DNA of 64,000 bases from Torpedo marmorata (lineage: Eukaryota): assembly GCA_977017645.1 (NCBI GenBank), contig OZ360225.1, positions 135,594,001 to 135,658,000 of the forward strand, written 5' to 3'. A program made the translations under genes and the position numbers. The notes beneath the pieces were generated by a model. That model saw nothing but the letters and a program-made list of their open reading frames with translations, made no database searches and had not been told where the DNA came from. This document shows positions 1 through 12,519 of this stretch, piece after piece. The stretch's first letter is position 1. Every line of letters begins with the position of its first letter.

Positions 1-540
1 TGGGTGCAGACCTTCCCTCTGTTGGCATCAGGGTCACGGACCTCCCAGTGGCCAACTATTTCAATTCTGCATCCCAATCCCATACTCACATGTCTGTCCA
101 GGGCCTCATGTATTATCCCACCAAGACCACCTGATTTTCCGTCTGGGCACTCTCCAACCAGGTGGCATTAACATCGACTTCTCTGGTTTCTGCTAACCTA
201 CTCTCCATTCTCATCCCTTCCCTTTCCCCTTGTCTTCTTTCCCTTAGCTCTCCACCCCCTTCCCTCTCTATTCACAGAGCCATCCCTCCTCCCCCTGCTT
301 GCTGCTGTGCCCTCCCTCCCTTCTCCACCTATTACCTCCTGCCTTTGGGACCATGCTCCTCCCCCTACCCCCCCCTACCATTTTGTTCGGGTGCCTGCCG
401 ACGTTTTTCCATACCTTAATGAAGGGCTCAAGCCTGAAACTTTGGTTATGTATCTTTATCTTTGCTATATAAAGTACGCTGTTTGACATGCTGAGTTGCT
501 CCAGCATTGTGTTTTACTTCTGACTTTCGTGGTTTACTTC
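1..540 (+). mobile_element. Penelope-like element, degraded 3' end (GIY-YIG C-terminus plus pyrimidine-rich tail)
   Basis: Remnant of PVANHFNS..HSHTHMSV.GL...FRLGTLQPGGINIDF; tail motif GAAGGGCTCAAGCCTGAAAC and CTGAGTTGCTCCAGCAT match the copies at 3385-4705 and 25668-26378. Confidence 0.8.
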
Positions 541-1464
541 CATGCTGTAAAACTTTTACTCTTGTACTCAAATCCTTTCACAATAAAGGCCCAAATACCA
601 TCAGAGAACCTAGTTTGAGAAGACAGAAATATCTTTGTGCACCCCTTATAATTGAATTCCCTTCACTATATTTCACCTAATCTTCATGCCCCCCAATCCC
701 CTTCCCTCTGCAGTGTAGCAGAGCCATCTGTGGTGTAACAAACTTGGCTGTTACTGTTCTCCCTGTGAAATCCAACACAGTACATCTATTTGAGGGGTGA
801 TGGCCACATGGGTCTCCTGAACTACTGGCCTGCACCTTCTCCTGCCTCCTTATCACCTGTTGATTTTTAAATAATTGTGGGTAACCAGAGTACAAAATGT
901 GCCATCCACAATGTTCTCAACGTGAATGATCCGTAGCTACTTCAAGGCCATGTTTTGGTTGCAAGAATGTGTGTTATTTAGAACAGTTCAGGCTAGATTT
1001 ATTTTGATATCTGTTTCAAATGTTTATTTCTATTTACTTGCAACAGAGATAAATCATAAATTATGTAATTATAATACACAGTTTGCATTCATTTTATTTT
1101 TAATTATTTAATTAAAAATATCCTTTTAGTTTCCTACCTGCTGGTTTAAGTCCTGGGATTGATTTTGTGTTATGGGCAATTAGTATGTTTATTTTTAATC
1201 ATGTTTTTACAACATTGGGTAATCTAAATATTCAGTGGCTTTTTTCATTTGTCACAGATGAAAGTTTTTCATTTCAGTATTATATTCTTGTATCAGTGTT
1301 ATTTTTGGTCTGATCCAATTTGAAACTGCTTTTTAACTTGCCTTTGGAAAAGATGAAAAAATGTTGCCTGTGTCAGTCACAGAGGATCACTGAAAATCTA
1401 ACTGAAATGAAAGACTTATGTTGAAAAAGGGAAGTATGCCTTGGAAGATACAAGAAGATAAGCA

Positions 1465-2190
1465 CAGATGAATTAGGAGCATGAGTAGGCTATTTTGCCT
1501 TTCAGGCCTGGTCTGCCATTTATCATGGTTAATTTTCTACCTCAGTGCCATTTACTATCATCATTCCCCTATTCCTTGATTACCTTAATGCCCAAATATC
1601 CACCATTCTCTATTTTGAATGAATTCAATACCCAGTCATCCAGGGTAGAGAATTCCAAAGATTTACCGCACTATGACTGAAGAAATTTTTCCTCATCTCA
1701 AATCTAAACAGCCTATCCTTTATTCTCAAGATGGTCCCCTGGTCCTAATCTCATCAGTCATGGAAAAAATCCTTCTGTATCCATCTTGGCAAGTCATCTA
1801 ACAATTTTCTAAATTGCAGTGTGATCTCCTCTCATTCCTCTGAACTCTGGAGAATACAATCCCACTCTCATCATAGGGCACGCCCACTCTAATGATAAGA
1901 AATACTGAAATGAATCTCTGTTGTGTTCCCTTTATAACAAGTACACGCTTTCTTGGGTAAAGAGTCCAGGTTCATTCTTAATAAGACCCTATGCAATTTA
2001 CTAGGGGTAACTTGATCCTGTAATCAGATCTCCTTGCTATAAAGACGAGCATCTGATTTACTCCTCCAATCACCTGCTGAGGTTGCATGTTGACATTTAA
2101 TGTCCTGTGTACGAGTGCAACAAAGTCCCTTTGAAACTAAGAACCCCCCATTTAACAATTACTCTGCTTTTCTGTTATGTTCATTAAAGA
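1465..2190 (-). mobile_element. Degraded CR1 LINE 3' fragment
   Basis: Decayed match to the CR1 3' ends elsewhere in the window (GAAGAAATTTTTCCTCATCTC, GATCTCCTCTCATTCCTCT). Confidence 0.6.
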
Positions 2191-2499
2191 TGTTGATATG
2201 ATTGTAAGAATATTTTGCTTTTAGAGAATTTTCAATGCTTTATGGCTCAAAATATTTAATATTGAGTAAATTGGTTGATTTTTCTAAAAGTCTCTCCAAA
2301 CAGGACATGCTTTCATAGCTCCTTCAATTCGGGACCTGTGGTCAGGGACAGGAGAATGTAACTCAATTGTGGCTGCTGCAGGGATCCAAGAAATTGTATT
2401 ACAGGAACATGTTCCTGCACTTGTCCAATAGATTTGAAGTTCTTGCAGCTCTCATGGATATGTGTAGGACTGACAGTGATGAGCAAATTAACTGTGGAA

Positions 2500-3350
2500 T
2501 TGTAGTATATGAAGCTATTCAAGTTGGGGAGGTTATAGAGAATATCTATAGTTGTATTGAGGGCAGTGTAGTTATGGATACTGTTTCCTGCAAGCAAGAG
2601 AAAGAAACCCAAAGGTTATTTTGCTATGCAGTGGCAGGATGATTAATGTTTCCTCTGTGCCAGAGAGGAACTTGGAATGTGAAGGTGAGGATCCTGACAT
2701 TGTGGCCAAGGTACATGGGTAAGGATTGAAAAAGAGGTCTTGATGGTAGAGTGATGAATGGCTGGCACAGAGATTGGTGAAGGAAGGATGAATTTAATTT
2801 CATGGAGCATTGACATCAGTATTAGAGAAAGAGGGCTATTTCATTGAGGTGGACTGCACGTGAACCATACCATAACCAGATTGCTAGCTATTTGAAAACC
2901 CAGGGAGATAAATGAAGCTTTAAACCAAAGGGTACTGAGAAAATTACCAAGGTTTTGAAAGTTTATTTTGTGAACATATTCATGGTGGAAGACTTGTTTG
3001 AGAGGCCACCGAGAGATGTCATGGATTTGATGGGAGGCAAGGACTAAAGATGTAGTGCTGAGCAAACTAGTGAGCCTAAAGATGGACAAGTCCCATGGTC
3101 CTGATGGAATGCAGCCCAGGGTATTGAAAGAAATGGCAGAAGTTACAGAAGAGGCATTTGTGATCATTTACTAAAATAATCTGGGCAGGTCCCAGCGGAT
3201 TGGCAGTTAGCAAATGTCACAGCACTGTTTAAAAAAGAATGTAGGCAAAATATAGCTAACTATAGAGCAGTTAACACTTGAAAATCTAGCATGGATTCAG
3301 GAAGGGCAGGTCCTGCTTGACACATCTCCTGCTCCTATTTCTTGTGTTCT
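2500..3350 (+). mobile_element. Degraded CR1 fragments (ORF1 esterase and ORF2 pieces)
   Basis: DKS.GPDGM.PRVLKE and DW..ANVT.LFKK-like coding remnants at ~3080-3270; decayed esterase-like sequence upstream. Confidence 0.6.
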
Positions 3351-3384
3351 CATGATGTATAGCAGTTGACAATATTAAAGAAAT

Positions 3385-4705
3385 AAAACACGAAAATCTA
3401 GACACCGTGGTTGAAGTTAAAAACACAAATGCTGGAGAAACTCAGCAGCAGTGTCTTTTATGTAGCAAAGGTAGAAATACATAACCGACGTTTCGGGCTT
3501 GAGCCCTTCATCAAAGTATGAGAAAATGCCGGTAGGCGTCCGAACAAAAGAGTGAGGGGGGAAGGGGGGTGGCAAAGGCAGGAGATGATAGGTGGAGAAA
3601 GGGGGGAGGAGGGATGGCTAGGTAGCTGGAGAAAAACAGGAAGGACAGGTGAGGGGGGAGGGGAAGGGAACGACAAGCAGGTTTAGTGGAAAGCAGAAAA
3701 GTCAATGTTAATGCCATCTGGCTGGAGAGTGCCGAGACGGAAAATGAGATGTTGTTCCTCCAATTTGCGGGTAGTCTGGGTGGGATAGTACATAAGGCCA
3801 TGGACAGACATGTGAGTGTGGGAGTGTGACCCGGAATTGAAATGGTTGGCTACTGGGAGGTTGCTGTTGTTGCGGACGGAGAGGAGGTGCTCAGCAAAGC
3901 GGTCTCCCAATCTACGACCGGTCTCTCCAATGGAGAGAAAGCCACAAAGGGAGCACCGGATGCAGTAAATAAGTTCTCTGGATGTACAAGTGAAGTGTAG
4001 TTTCACTTGGAAGGCCTGTTTGGGGCCCTGGACCGTGGTGAGGGAGGAGGTGTGGGCGCAGGTGTTGCACCTCCTGCGGGCACAGGGGAAGGTGCCGGGG
4101 GTGCGATGGGTGGGGAGGGATGAGTGCACGAGTGAATCGCGGAGGGAGCGGTCCCTACGGAAGGCCGAGAGGGGAGGAGAAGGAAAAATGTCTGGTGGTG
4201 GGATCCTGTTGTAAGTGCTGGAAATTCCGGCGGATAATGTGTTGGATGCGGAGGCTGGTGGGGTGGTAGGTGAGGATGAGGGGGATTCTATGTTTGTTGC
4301 GTCTGGGGGCAGAGGGGGCCAGGGCAGATGAGCGGGAAATGGAGGAGATGCGGGTGAGGGCTGAGTTGATGGTGGTGGAGGGGAAGCCACGTTTGTGGAA
4401 AAAGGCAGACATTTCAGAAGATCTGGAGTGGAACACCTCATCTTGGGAACAGATGCGGCGGAGGCGGAGAAATTGAGAGAAGGGGATGGAGTCCTTGCAG
4501 GGGACAGGGTGTGAGGATGTGTAGTCCGGATAGTTGTGGGAGTTGGAGGGTTTGTAGTAAATGTCGGTGGAAAGCTTATCTCCTGAGATGGAGACAGAGA
4601 GATCCAGGAAGGGGAGAGTGCTATCGGAGATGGACCAGATGAGTTTGAGATCGTGGTGGAAGTTGGATGCGAAGTGGATGAAGTTGACAAGCTCATCGCG
4701 GGTGA
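3385..4705 (-). mobile_element. Penelope-like retroelement, 5'-truncated (RT C-terminus plus GIY-YIG endonuclease), frameshifted
   Basis: ORF 4155..4721 has the PLE RT motifs FLDL..STDIYYKP, YTSSHP..K.SIPFSQFLRLRRICS; ORF 3683..4696 ends with a C-x2-C..C linker and LIYCIRCSLCGFLSIGETGRRLGDRFAEH (GIY-YIG type). Confidence 0.92.
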
Positions 4706-4944
4706 TTGATTCTGCTTTCATGACTCACCTGAATGGGGTATTTAAATACAATAGACATAAAATGCTGAATATGCTCATCAGGTCAGATGAGGCGCAAAAA
4801 CTAAAATAAAATTTTCAGGCTGATGAAAATGTATTGATCTAAAACAGTAACTCTTTTTCTCTGTGAATACTGACTGACCTGCTGTGTATCTGCATAATTT
4901 TCTGTTTTTGTCAGATTTCAAACATCCCCAATTTTTTGCTTTTA

Positions 4945-6620
4945 TATAGAACCATCGAACACTACAGTACAGAAAACAGTCCATTCGGCCCTTCTAGTCT
5001 GTGCCGTAACATCATTCCGCTAGTCCCACTGACCTGCACCCACTCTATAACCCTCCACACCTCTCCCATCCATGTATCTATCCAATTTATTCTTAAAACT
5101 TAAGAGTGAGCCCGCATTTACCACGTCAGATAGAAGCTCGTTCCATGCTCCCACCACTCTTGAGTGAAGAAGTTCCCCCTAATGTTCCCCCTTAACCTTT
5201 CCCCTTTCACCCTAAAGTCATGTCCTCTCGTATTTATCTCTCCTAATCTAAATGGAAAGAGCCTACTCGCATTTACTCTGTCTATACCCCTCATAATTTT
5301 GTAAACCTCTATTAAATCTCCCCTCATTCTTTAACGCTCCAAGGAATAAAGTCCTAACCTGTTTAATCTTTCCCTGTAACTCAACTCCTGAAGACCTGGC
5401 AACATCCTAGTAAATCTTCTCTGCACTCTTTCAATCTTACTGATATCCTTCCTGTAGTTTGGCGACCAGAACTGCACACAATACTCCAAACTTGGCCTCA
5501 CCAATGTCTTATACAACCTCACCATAACATCCCAACTCCTGTACTCAATACTTTGATTTATGAAGGCCAAGATGCCAAAAGCTTTCTTTACAACCCTGTC
5601 GACCTGTGATGCCACTTTCAGGGAATTATGTCTCTGTAATCCCAGATCCCTTTGTTCCTCCGCACTCCTCAGTGCCCTACCATTTATTGTGTATGTCCTA
5701 CCTTGGTTTGTCCTTCCATAATGCAACACCTCACACTTGTCTGCATTAAATTCCATCTGCCATTTTCTGGCCCATTTTTCCAGTTGGTCCAGATCCCTCT
5801 GCAAGCTTTGAAAGCCTTCCTCGTTGTCCACAAAGTCTCCAATCTTAGTGTCATCAGCAAACTTGCTGATACAATTTCCCACATTATCATTCAGATCATT
5901 GATATAGACAACAAACAACAGTGGTCCCAGCACCGATCCCTGAGGCACACCACTAATCACAGGCCTCCAGTCTGAGAAGCAATCATCCACTACCACTCTC
6001 TGTCTTCTCCCATTCAGCCAATTTCGAATCCAGTTTACAACCTCTCCATGGATACCTAGTGTCTGAAACTTCTGAACTAACCTCCCATGTGGGACCTTGT
6101 CAAAGGCCTTACAAAGTCCATGTAAACAACATCCACAGCCTTTCCTTCATCTACTTTCTTGGTAACCTCCTCGAAAAACTCTAAGATTCGTTAAACACGA
6201 CCTACCACGCACAAAGCCATGCTGACTATCCTTAATCAGCCCTTGGCTGTCCAAATACTTGTATATCCAATCTCTCAGAACACCCTCCAATAATTTATCT
6301 ACTACTGACGTCAGGCTCACCGGCCTGTCATTTCCTGGTTTACTTTTGGAGCCTTTTTTAAACAACGGAACAACATGAGCTACCCTCCAATCCTCTGGCA
6401 CCTCAACCGTGGCTAAAGACATTTTAAATATTTCTGCCAGGGCCCCTGCAATTTCTACACTATCCTCCCTCAAGGTCCGAGGGAATGTCATGTCAGGCCC
6501 GGGGGATTTATCTACCTTTATTCACTGTAAGGCAGCAAGCACCTCCTCCTCTTTAATCTCTATATGTTCCATGCCACTGCTGCTTATTTCCCTTCCTTCC
6601 TTATACACTATGCCAGTTTG
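4945..6620 (-). mobile_element. CR1 LINE, 5'-truncated, RT region disrupted
   Basis: ORFs 6147..6491, 5331..5996 and 5118..5327: PEDWRVAHVVPLFKKG, GVPQGSVLGPLLF, KFADDTK, LEYCVQFWSP. Confidence 0.95.
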
Positions 6621-6670
6621 ATTACTTGGTTGGAAAGGTATTGATATTTTGACTTTTTTCTTCCTTCTAG

Positions 6671-6879
6671 ATTTTATGAATACATTTATTTGTTTAAAAA
6701 GCCAATCCTTTTCAAGATTGAGCAAGTGACAAAGCAGTGTTCCAAACTGCCTCTTCTTCAGCCATGGGACCCATATGATATTCCCGATAACTCCACCTAT
6801 GAAGATCATTACAGCATTGGTGGCCCAGGAGACCAGATTGAGGTTCAAGAGTGGTCAGATAGAAAACCTGCTCGTAAAT
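6671..6879 (+). CDS. EPDR1: Ependymin-related protein 1, internal coding exon (209 nt)
   Basis: Polypyrimidine tract ending TTCCTTCTAG (6661-6670), donor T|GTAAGT at 6879/6880; translates FYEYIYLFKKPILFKIEQVTKQCSKLPLLQPWDPYDIPDNSTYEDHYSIGGPGDQIEVQEWSDRKPARK, recognisably vertebrate EPDR1. Confidence 0.96.
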
Positions 6880-6977
6880 GTAAGTAGTGTGCTATTTGTC
6901 AATATAAAAAAAAATGTAAGATTAGAGTCCTAGAGTTCTACAGGATGGAAATGGACACTTCTGCCCCACTTGCCTGT

Positions 6978-7420
6978 GATTTCAAATTTATTGCCAGAGT
7001 ACATAATGACATCACATACAACCCTGAGATTCTTTTTCCTGCTGGCAAGGCAGAATTACCACTTATTGGTAGTGCAAAAAAATCTGTACACAACTTACAC
7101 ATGTAAAACAAATAAAGGACTGTAAACATATAATGAAATGTAAACAAACTGCAATACTGAGAGAATAGATAAATATAATCAATAAAGTGCAAAAGTAAGA
7201 GTCCCTGATTGAGTTTGTTGTTGAGGATTCTGATGGTGGAGCGGTAGCAGCTGTTTCTGAACCTGGTGGTGCAAGTCTTGTGGCACCTATACCTCTTTCC
7301 TGATGGTAGCAGCAAGAACAGAGCGTGTGCTGGGTACTGTGGATCCTTGATGATTGCTGCTGCTCTCCGATGGCAGCGTTCCCTGTAGATGTTCTCGATG
7401 GTGGGGAGGATTGTTTTCAA
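6978..7420 (-). mobile_element. Rex1/Babar LINE 3' end
   Basis: [41 protein letters not shown]...RFRNSCY in ORF 6938..7477, followed by a 3' tail ending TGGCAATAAATTTGAA. Confidence 0.85.
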
Positions 7421-7650
7421 TCTCCCTCCTATATGCTGACTCATCGCCTTTTCTTTTGATGACCAAGCAAGTCTCATTTGCCTGAGTTCATTCCATATCT
7501 CTCTGAATTTTTCCTATCCGTGGACCTGTGCAAATGCCTTTTGAAAGTTACAATTGTCCATGCTTTCTCTGGCAGCTCATTCAAAATACCCACCACCCTC
7601 TAGGTGAAGAAGGAGCCCCTCAGCTCAGCTCCCTTTTGAATCTTTCCCCA

Positions 7651-7865
7651 TGGTTAGCGTAGTGGTTAGCCAAAGCTATTACAGCGCCAGCGACTCGGGC
7701 TCAACTCCGACGCTGTCTGTAAGGAGTTTGTACTTTCTTCCCATGTCCGTGTGGGTTTTCTCTGGGTGCTCTGGTTTCCTCCCACCCTTCAAAACATACG
7801 GCGGTTGTAGGTTAATTGGGACATTTGGGCTGTATGGGCTTGTATGTCTAAATTTAACTTTAAAA
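7651..7865 (+). mobile_element. tRNA-derived V-SINE (HE1-like)
   Basis: tRNA-like head TGGTTAGCGTAGTGGTTAGC..., V-domain-like core GTGGGTTTTCTCTGGGTGCTCTGGTTTCCTCCCAC; four more copies in the window. Confidence 0.8.
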
Positions 7866-8719
7866 TATAACCTTAAATCTATGCCATCTACTTTTTAGAT
7901 TCCCTACCCTGGCAAAAAAGCCTATGACTTTACCTTGTATATGCCCCTCATGGTTTTATAAACCTTTAAAGCACCCCCTCAGCCTCCTCTGCTCCAGGGT
8001 GAAAAGTTCTAGCCTATCCATTCTCCCTATATAATTCAAGCCTACCAGTCCTGGCAACATTCTCATAAATCTTTTCAGCACCCTTTCCAGCTTAATGATA
8101 TCCTTCCTGTAGATGGGTAACCAAAAATGTGCATAACATCACCCTGCCCCATCAATCTTCTTGGTTATCTCTTCAATAAAACTTGATCATGTTTGTGACA
8201 CGATTTCCCGTGCACAAAGCCATGCTGACTATCCCAAATCAATCCTTGCTTTTCCAAATGCAATAGATCCAATCTGACAGAATCCCTTCCAGTAACTTAC
8301 CCATGACAGACTTTGAGCTCACCAGCCAGTAGTCACTGGCTAATCCTTACAGCCATTTTTAAATAAAGCACAACATTAGCCACCCTCCAGTCTTCTGGCA
8401 CCCCACCCATGGTTAACAAAGATGCAAATATCTCTGCCAGAGCTCCTGCAATTTCTTCCCTTGCTTCCCATAATGTCCTAGGATATACTTGATAAGGTCC
8501 CGGGGATTTATCTACCTTTGTGTTTTAAGACCTCCAATACCTCCTCTGTAACGTGGACTCACTTCAAGACATTGCTATTAACTCTCCTTGAATTTCCAAG
8601 CATTCACATCTTTGTCCACAGTAAATACAGATGACAAATATTTGTTAAGGCTATCTATCTCTGGCGTGGCTCCACACATGGATGACTTTGTTAATCTTTA
8701 AGGAACCCCATTCTTTCCA

Positions 8720-8948
8720 TAGCCTGAGTACGACTGGGATTGTCTGATCTCGGAAGCTAAGCAGGCACAGGACTGGTCAGTACTTGGAGGGGAGACCGCC
8801 TAGGAACACCAGGTGCTGTAGGTTTCTGTGAGGGGCGCGGGACAAAGTAGCAACTCTCTGTCTGCCTTACGGTAGACAAAAATTAAAGAATTTCATGTAT
8901 GTTACATTCTAAATGTATTACGTGACAATAATGGAACCTTTAACCTTT
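8720..8948 (+). mobile_element. 5S rRNA-derived SINE (SINE3-type), copy 1
   Basis: GTCTGATCTCGGAAGCTAAGCAGG...AGTACTTGGA.GGGAGACCGCC..GGAA.ACC.GGTGCTGTAGG is 5S rRNA sequence; it is fused to a non-5S tail ending TGACAATAATGGAACCTTTAACCTTT; near-identical copy at 30795-31037. Confidence 0.88.
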
Positions 8949-10739
8949 AAGACTCTGCTTTTAATATGTTTGTCGAATCTCTTGGGATTCTCCTAAACCT
9001 TATCTGCCAGAGCCATCTCATACTTATTTCCCTTTTCAGTGAACTCCTACATCCTCTACACTGTTCAAAGGTTTTGCTTGATTTCAGCCGTTTATAATTG
9101 ACATTTTCTTATTATCCAGCAGTTATTGTCTGATGCATTTCCCTATTAGTCATTATTACTAAAATCTTGAGACAGTATCATGACCACGTATGTGTCCAAT
9201 TGAATTAAGATATCTTTTGAGAGTAATCACATATAAACATATTGTAACAAAGACTTCATTACATGTTATGAGGGGAATAATAGAGTTAAAATCCAAAACT
9301 TTCTATTCCATGAGGAGAGATGTTGGTATCTTAATTTGTGCAATTAGGCTGAAAATTTCCACTGAATGGGTTATTGACAGCTGCAATAATATTCTGTGTA
9401 GCCTTCCAACATTCAGAACATGTTTCAAGGTAAAACCTTGTTTTTGTATTGCATGTATTCAAACTGCTAGATAATATAATTTATTGAGTATAGGAGTCAT
9501 TTCAAATTTGGATTACCATTTGGTATACATTAGACAGAATGTTTTTAATAATTAAAAGCTTTTGTATTTCAATTGGAACAGCCTTTCGTTATAAAGCTGT
9601 TTTGATCTTATTCATAGTATCATGCGGCAATAATTGTCATCCTATTGCAGAGAATACAGAGAGGTGACAAACTAGCAATTGGTACATGAACAACAAATTG
9701 ACTTGACGCCTGTGCAGATGCCCAATAGGGTGGTGACTTGAAAATGGCACATTTGCCTTGTTTGTCTAAATGATAAATACAAACACCTATCTTCTCCAAT
9801 CATTAATTCTTTTATGTCTAAAAATATGCGTAATCTCAAAGATCAATATTTAAAGATATATATTTACTTGTTATCGTCAAGGACAAATGTTGCATAAAAT
9901 ATCAGTTTTGTAAATTGTTTTTACAAATCGGAGTGTACTTGCTGTAGCGTGCACATGGACTGAAACATCCAGAATGTAAATTGACTAGATTTCTGTTTTA
10001 TATCCCCTTTTTCTGAGGTACATTTTCAATTTTTGAATATATATTTTGACTTCTGGATCCAACAAAATTTCCTAAAAATGAGAGTGCAGTAGAAGATCAT
10101 TTAAATCGGCATGTAAATAAATGATCTTTCATCTAGCTGTTGGCAAGAGCTGAGATATGTCAACATCTGTCCAAAGTAGATTTTGATTTCAAACTTTGTA
10201 CAGTTACAAGTGTATTCTGCTTGTTTTGTAAATATTTAAACTAAATGAATCACATTTGTACTATACAAATAGAATTTACGTGTATTCTACTTTCTGTCTG
10301 ATATAAGAATTTCAATTCCACATTTTGCTGTGAAAACCTTGGAATTAGAATTGTGCTGCTGTTTGGAACCAAATTTTTTACAGGATTTGCAGTGTTGGGA
10401 TTTGACATTCCCTCAGGATGAATTCAAAATTTTAGATTGAATGTTGAAATTACAAATGATCTACTTGAAACAATATTTTTAGACTGTCATAAAAAGTGCT
10501 CATTTAGTGTATGGTAAGTTGCATTTTATGATTGGTCTTGGCACTGCACTTCTTGAAAATTGAATGGTTGCCAAACAAGACTGGTGTTGTACTGTTTGGA
10601 AGCCTGGTAATGGAGGAGTGGTTAACGTGGTTGCTTCTAATCCCTTCAACTACATTTCCAAATTTTCCCATTTCATGGCTAAGTTAGATTTTTCTCAGTT
10701 GCAGGGAATTTGGTAACAGCTTCACTTTGTCTCCAGCAT

Positions 10740-11205
10740 TAGACCATAAGACATAAGAGCAGAAATAGGCTATTCAGCCCATTGAGTCTGCACCGCCATT
10801 CAATCATGAGCTGATCCATTTTCCCACTCAGCCACACTGGCCGGCCTTCTCCCCATAACCTTTGATGCCCTGGCTATTCAAGAACCTATTAATCTCTGCC
10901 TTAAATACACCCAGTGACCTGGCCTCCACAACTGCCTGTCGCAACAAATTCCACAGATTTACCACCCTCTGGCTGAAGAAATTCCTACATATCTCTGTTC
11001 TAAGCAGACGCGCTTTAATCTGAAGTTGTGCCCTCTTGTCCTGGACTCTCCCACCATGGAAAACAACCTATCAACATCTACTCTGTCCATGCCTTACAAC
11101 ATTCAAAATGTTTCAATGAGATTCTCCCCGATTCTCCTAAATTCCAACAAATGCAGGCCAAGACCTCGCAAACACTCCTCGTATGATAACCCCATTCATT
11201 CTTTT
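10740..11205 (-). mobile_element. CR1 3' end fragment
   Basis: Typical CR1 3' tail (CATAAGACATAAGAGCAGAA..GGC.ATTCAGCCC) and decayed FF.QRVVNL-like coding on the minus strand. Confidence 0.75.
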
Positions 11206-11617
11206 AAGTAATTAGCCAATGTGGTATAAGAATATCTCCTTTAGAAATTAGGTGTGGGATGGAGACATTTTAGAATTCTTGGAGAGAAAAAAGCATGGAT
11301 ATTAAAATCAAGTTGACATTTTTCTGTCTTGTAAGTTATAGACATAAGAATATTATTACATTAATCTAAATATACCTTGTGGAAAATCCTACCCCACCTA
11401 GGGTGACCCGATTCTGTAATTTATCTCCAGGAACTACAATGTATTTTTTCTGGACTTTCACAAAACAACATGTAAAGTAATCATTCACATCCAAATTAAG
11501 TATTCTTCTGATGCAGCAATCAAATCACATTGCCTATCACCTGTTCTTGATGTATGTTCTGTGCACGAGTTCTGCAACCATTCTCCCAGCACTGGCTGAT
11601 TCCCACATTGTGATTAC

Positions 11618-12045
11618 AAAGAACACAAGAAATAAGGGCAGGAGTCAGCCAACTAGCCAGTCGAGCCTGCTCTGCCATTCAATAAGATCATTGCTGATAT
11701 GGCTATGGATTCAGCTCCACTGGACTGCCTTTTCCCCATTAACCCTTAGAACAAAGATGAGGAGGAATTTCTTTACCCAGAAGAGGTAAACATGTGGAAT
11801 TTGTTGCCACAGGCAGTTATCAAGGCCAGATCATTGGGTATATTTAAGGCAGAGATTGATAGGTTCTTGATTAGCCAGGGCATTGAAGGTTATGGGGAGA
11901 AAGCCGGGCAGTGTGGCTGAGTGGGAAAATGGATCAGCTCATGATTAAATGGTGGGGCAGACTTGATGGGCTGAATAGCTTATTTCTGCTCGTGGTCTTC
12001 TGGTAATTCCCCTACTATGCAAAAATTTATCTCACTCTTAAATAT
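11618..12045. mobile_element. Plus-strand CR1 3' end (~11748-12003) inserted in a minus-strand CR1 tail
   Basis: MRRNFFTQ remnant and GAAGGTTATGGGGAGAAAGC tail, flanked by two halves of an antisense CR1 tail. Confidence 0.65.
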
Positions 12046-12519
12046 CTTGTATAAAACGACTAAATCTATTACCTCATTTTTTGTTGCTCGTTGAGAAAGT
12101 GCAATCTATCTAAATCACCTTCCAGCACTAGGTTTGTAGCCCTGTGGTCTTCAAATACATATCCGAAGTGATGAGCGATAAAGAATCTGCTGGAAGAAGT
12201 CAATAGGTCGACATTTCGGGTCGGTACCCTTTGTCAAGACAGTGCAGGGCGGAAATAGGCAGTATAATATGGACAGTAGGGGGGTGGGGCGTTGGGTAGG
12301 GGCAAGTAGGGAATGGTTAAACGGAGGAGTGAAAGATGAACTTCCTCCTTGCATTCAACAACGAAGGTGTTTTATCTGGGCATTTTCAAAGATTCTATCC
12401 ACTTTCTCTTTTGCTCTTTTTGATCTGGTATTTAACACCTACCTCCTGAACTACAGCACCAATATCCCCTCTTTTGTGATGATGGTTGTAAAGTATTCAC
12501 TAAGAGGCTCACTCGTATA

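Larger units (their letters stand above)
7430..9110 (-). mobile_element. Degraded CR1 LINE interrupted by a V-SINE and a 5S-derived SINE
   Basis: Matches the other minus-strand CR1s (CACAAAGCCATGCTGACTATCC, CCCTCCAGTCTTCTGGCACC, CGGGGATTTATCTACCTT). Confidence 0.75.

Noticed and set aside
3683-4696. 337 aa Pro/Ser-rich protein
   Set aside because: The N-terminal part is the off-frame reading of Penelope RT; only the C-terminal GIY-YIG portion is real coding sequence.
8720-8825. Functional 5S rRNA gene (also 30795-30905)
   Set aside because: 5' end truncated or diverged, shared substitutions in both copies, fused to a retroposon tail, inserted inside other elements and not in a tandem array.
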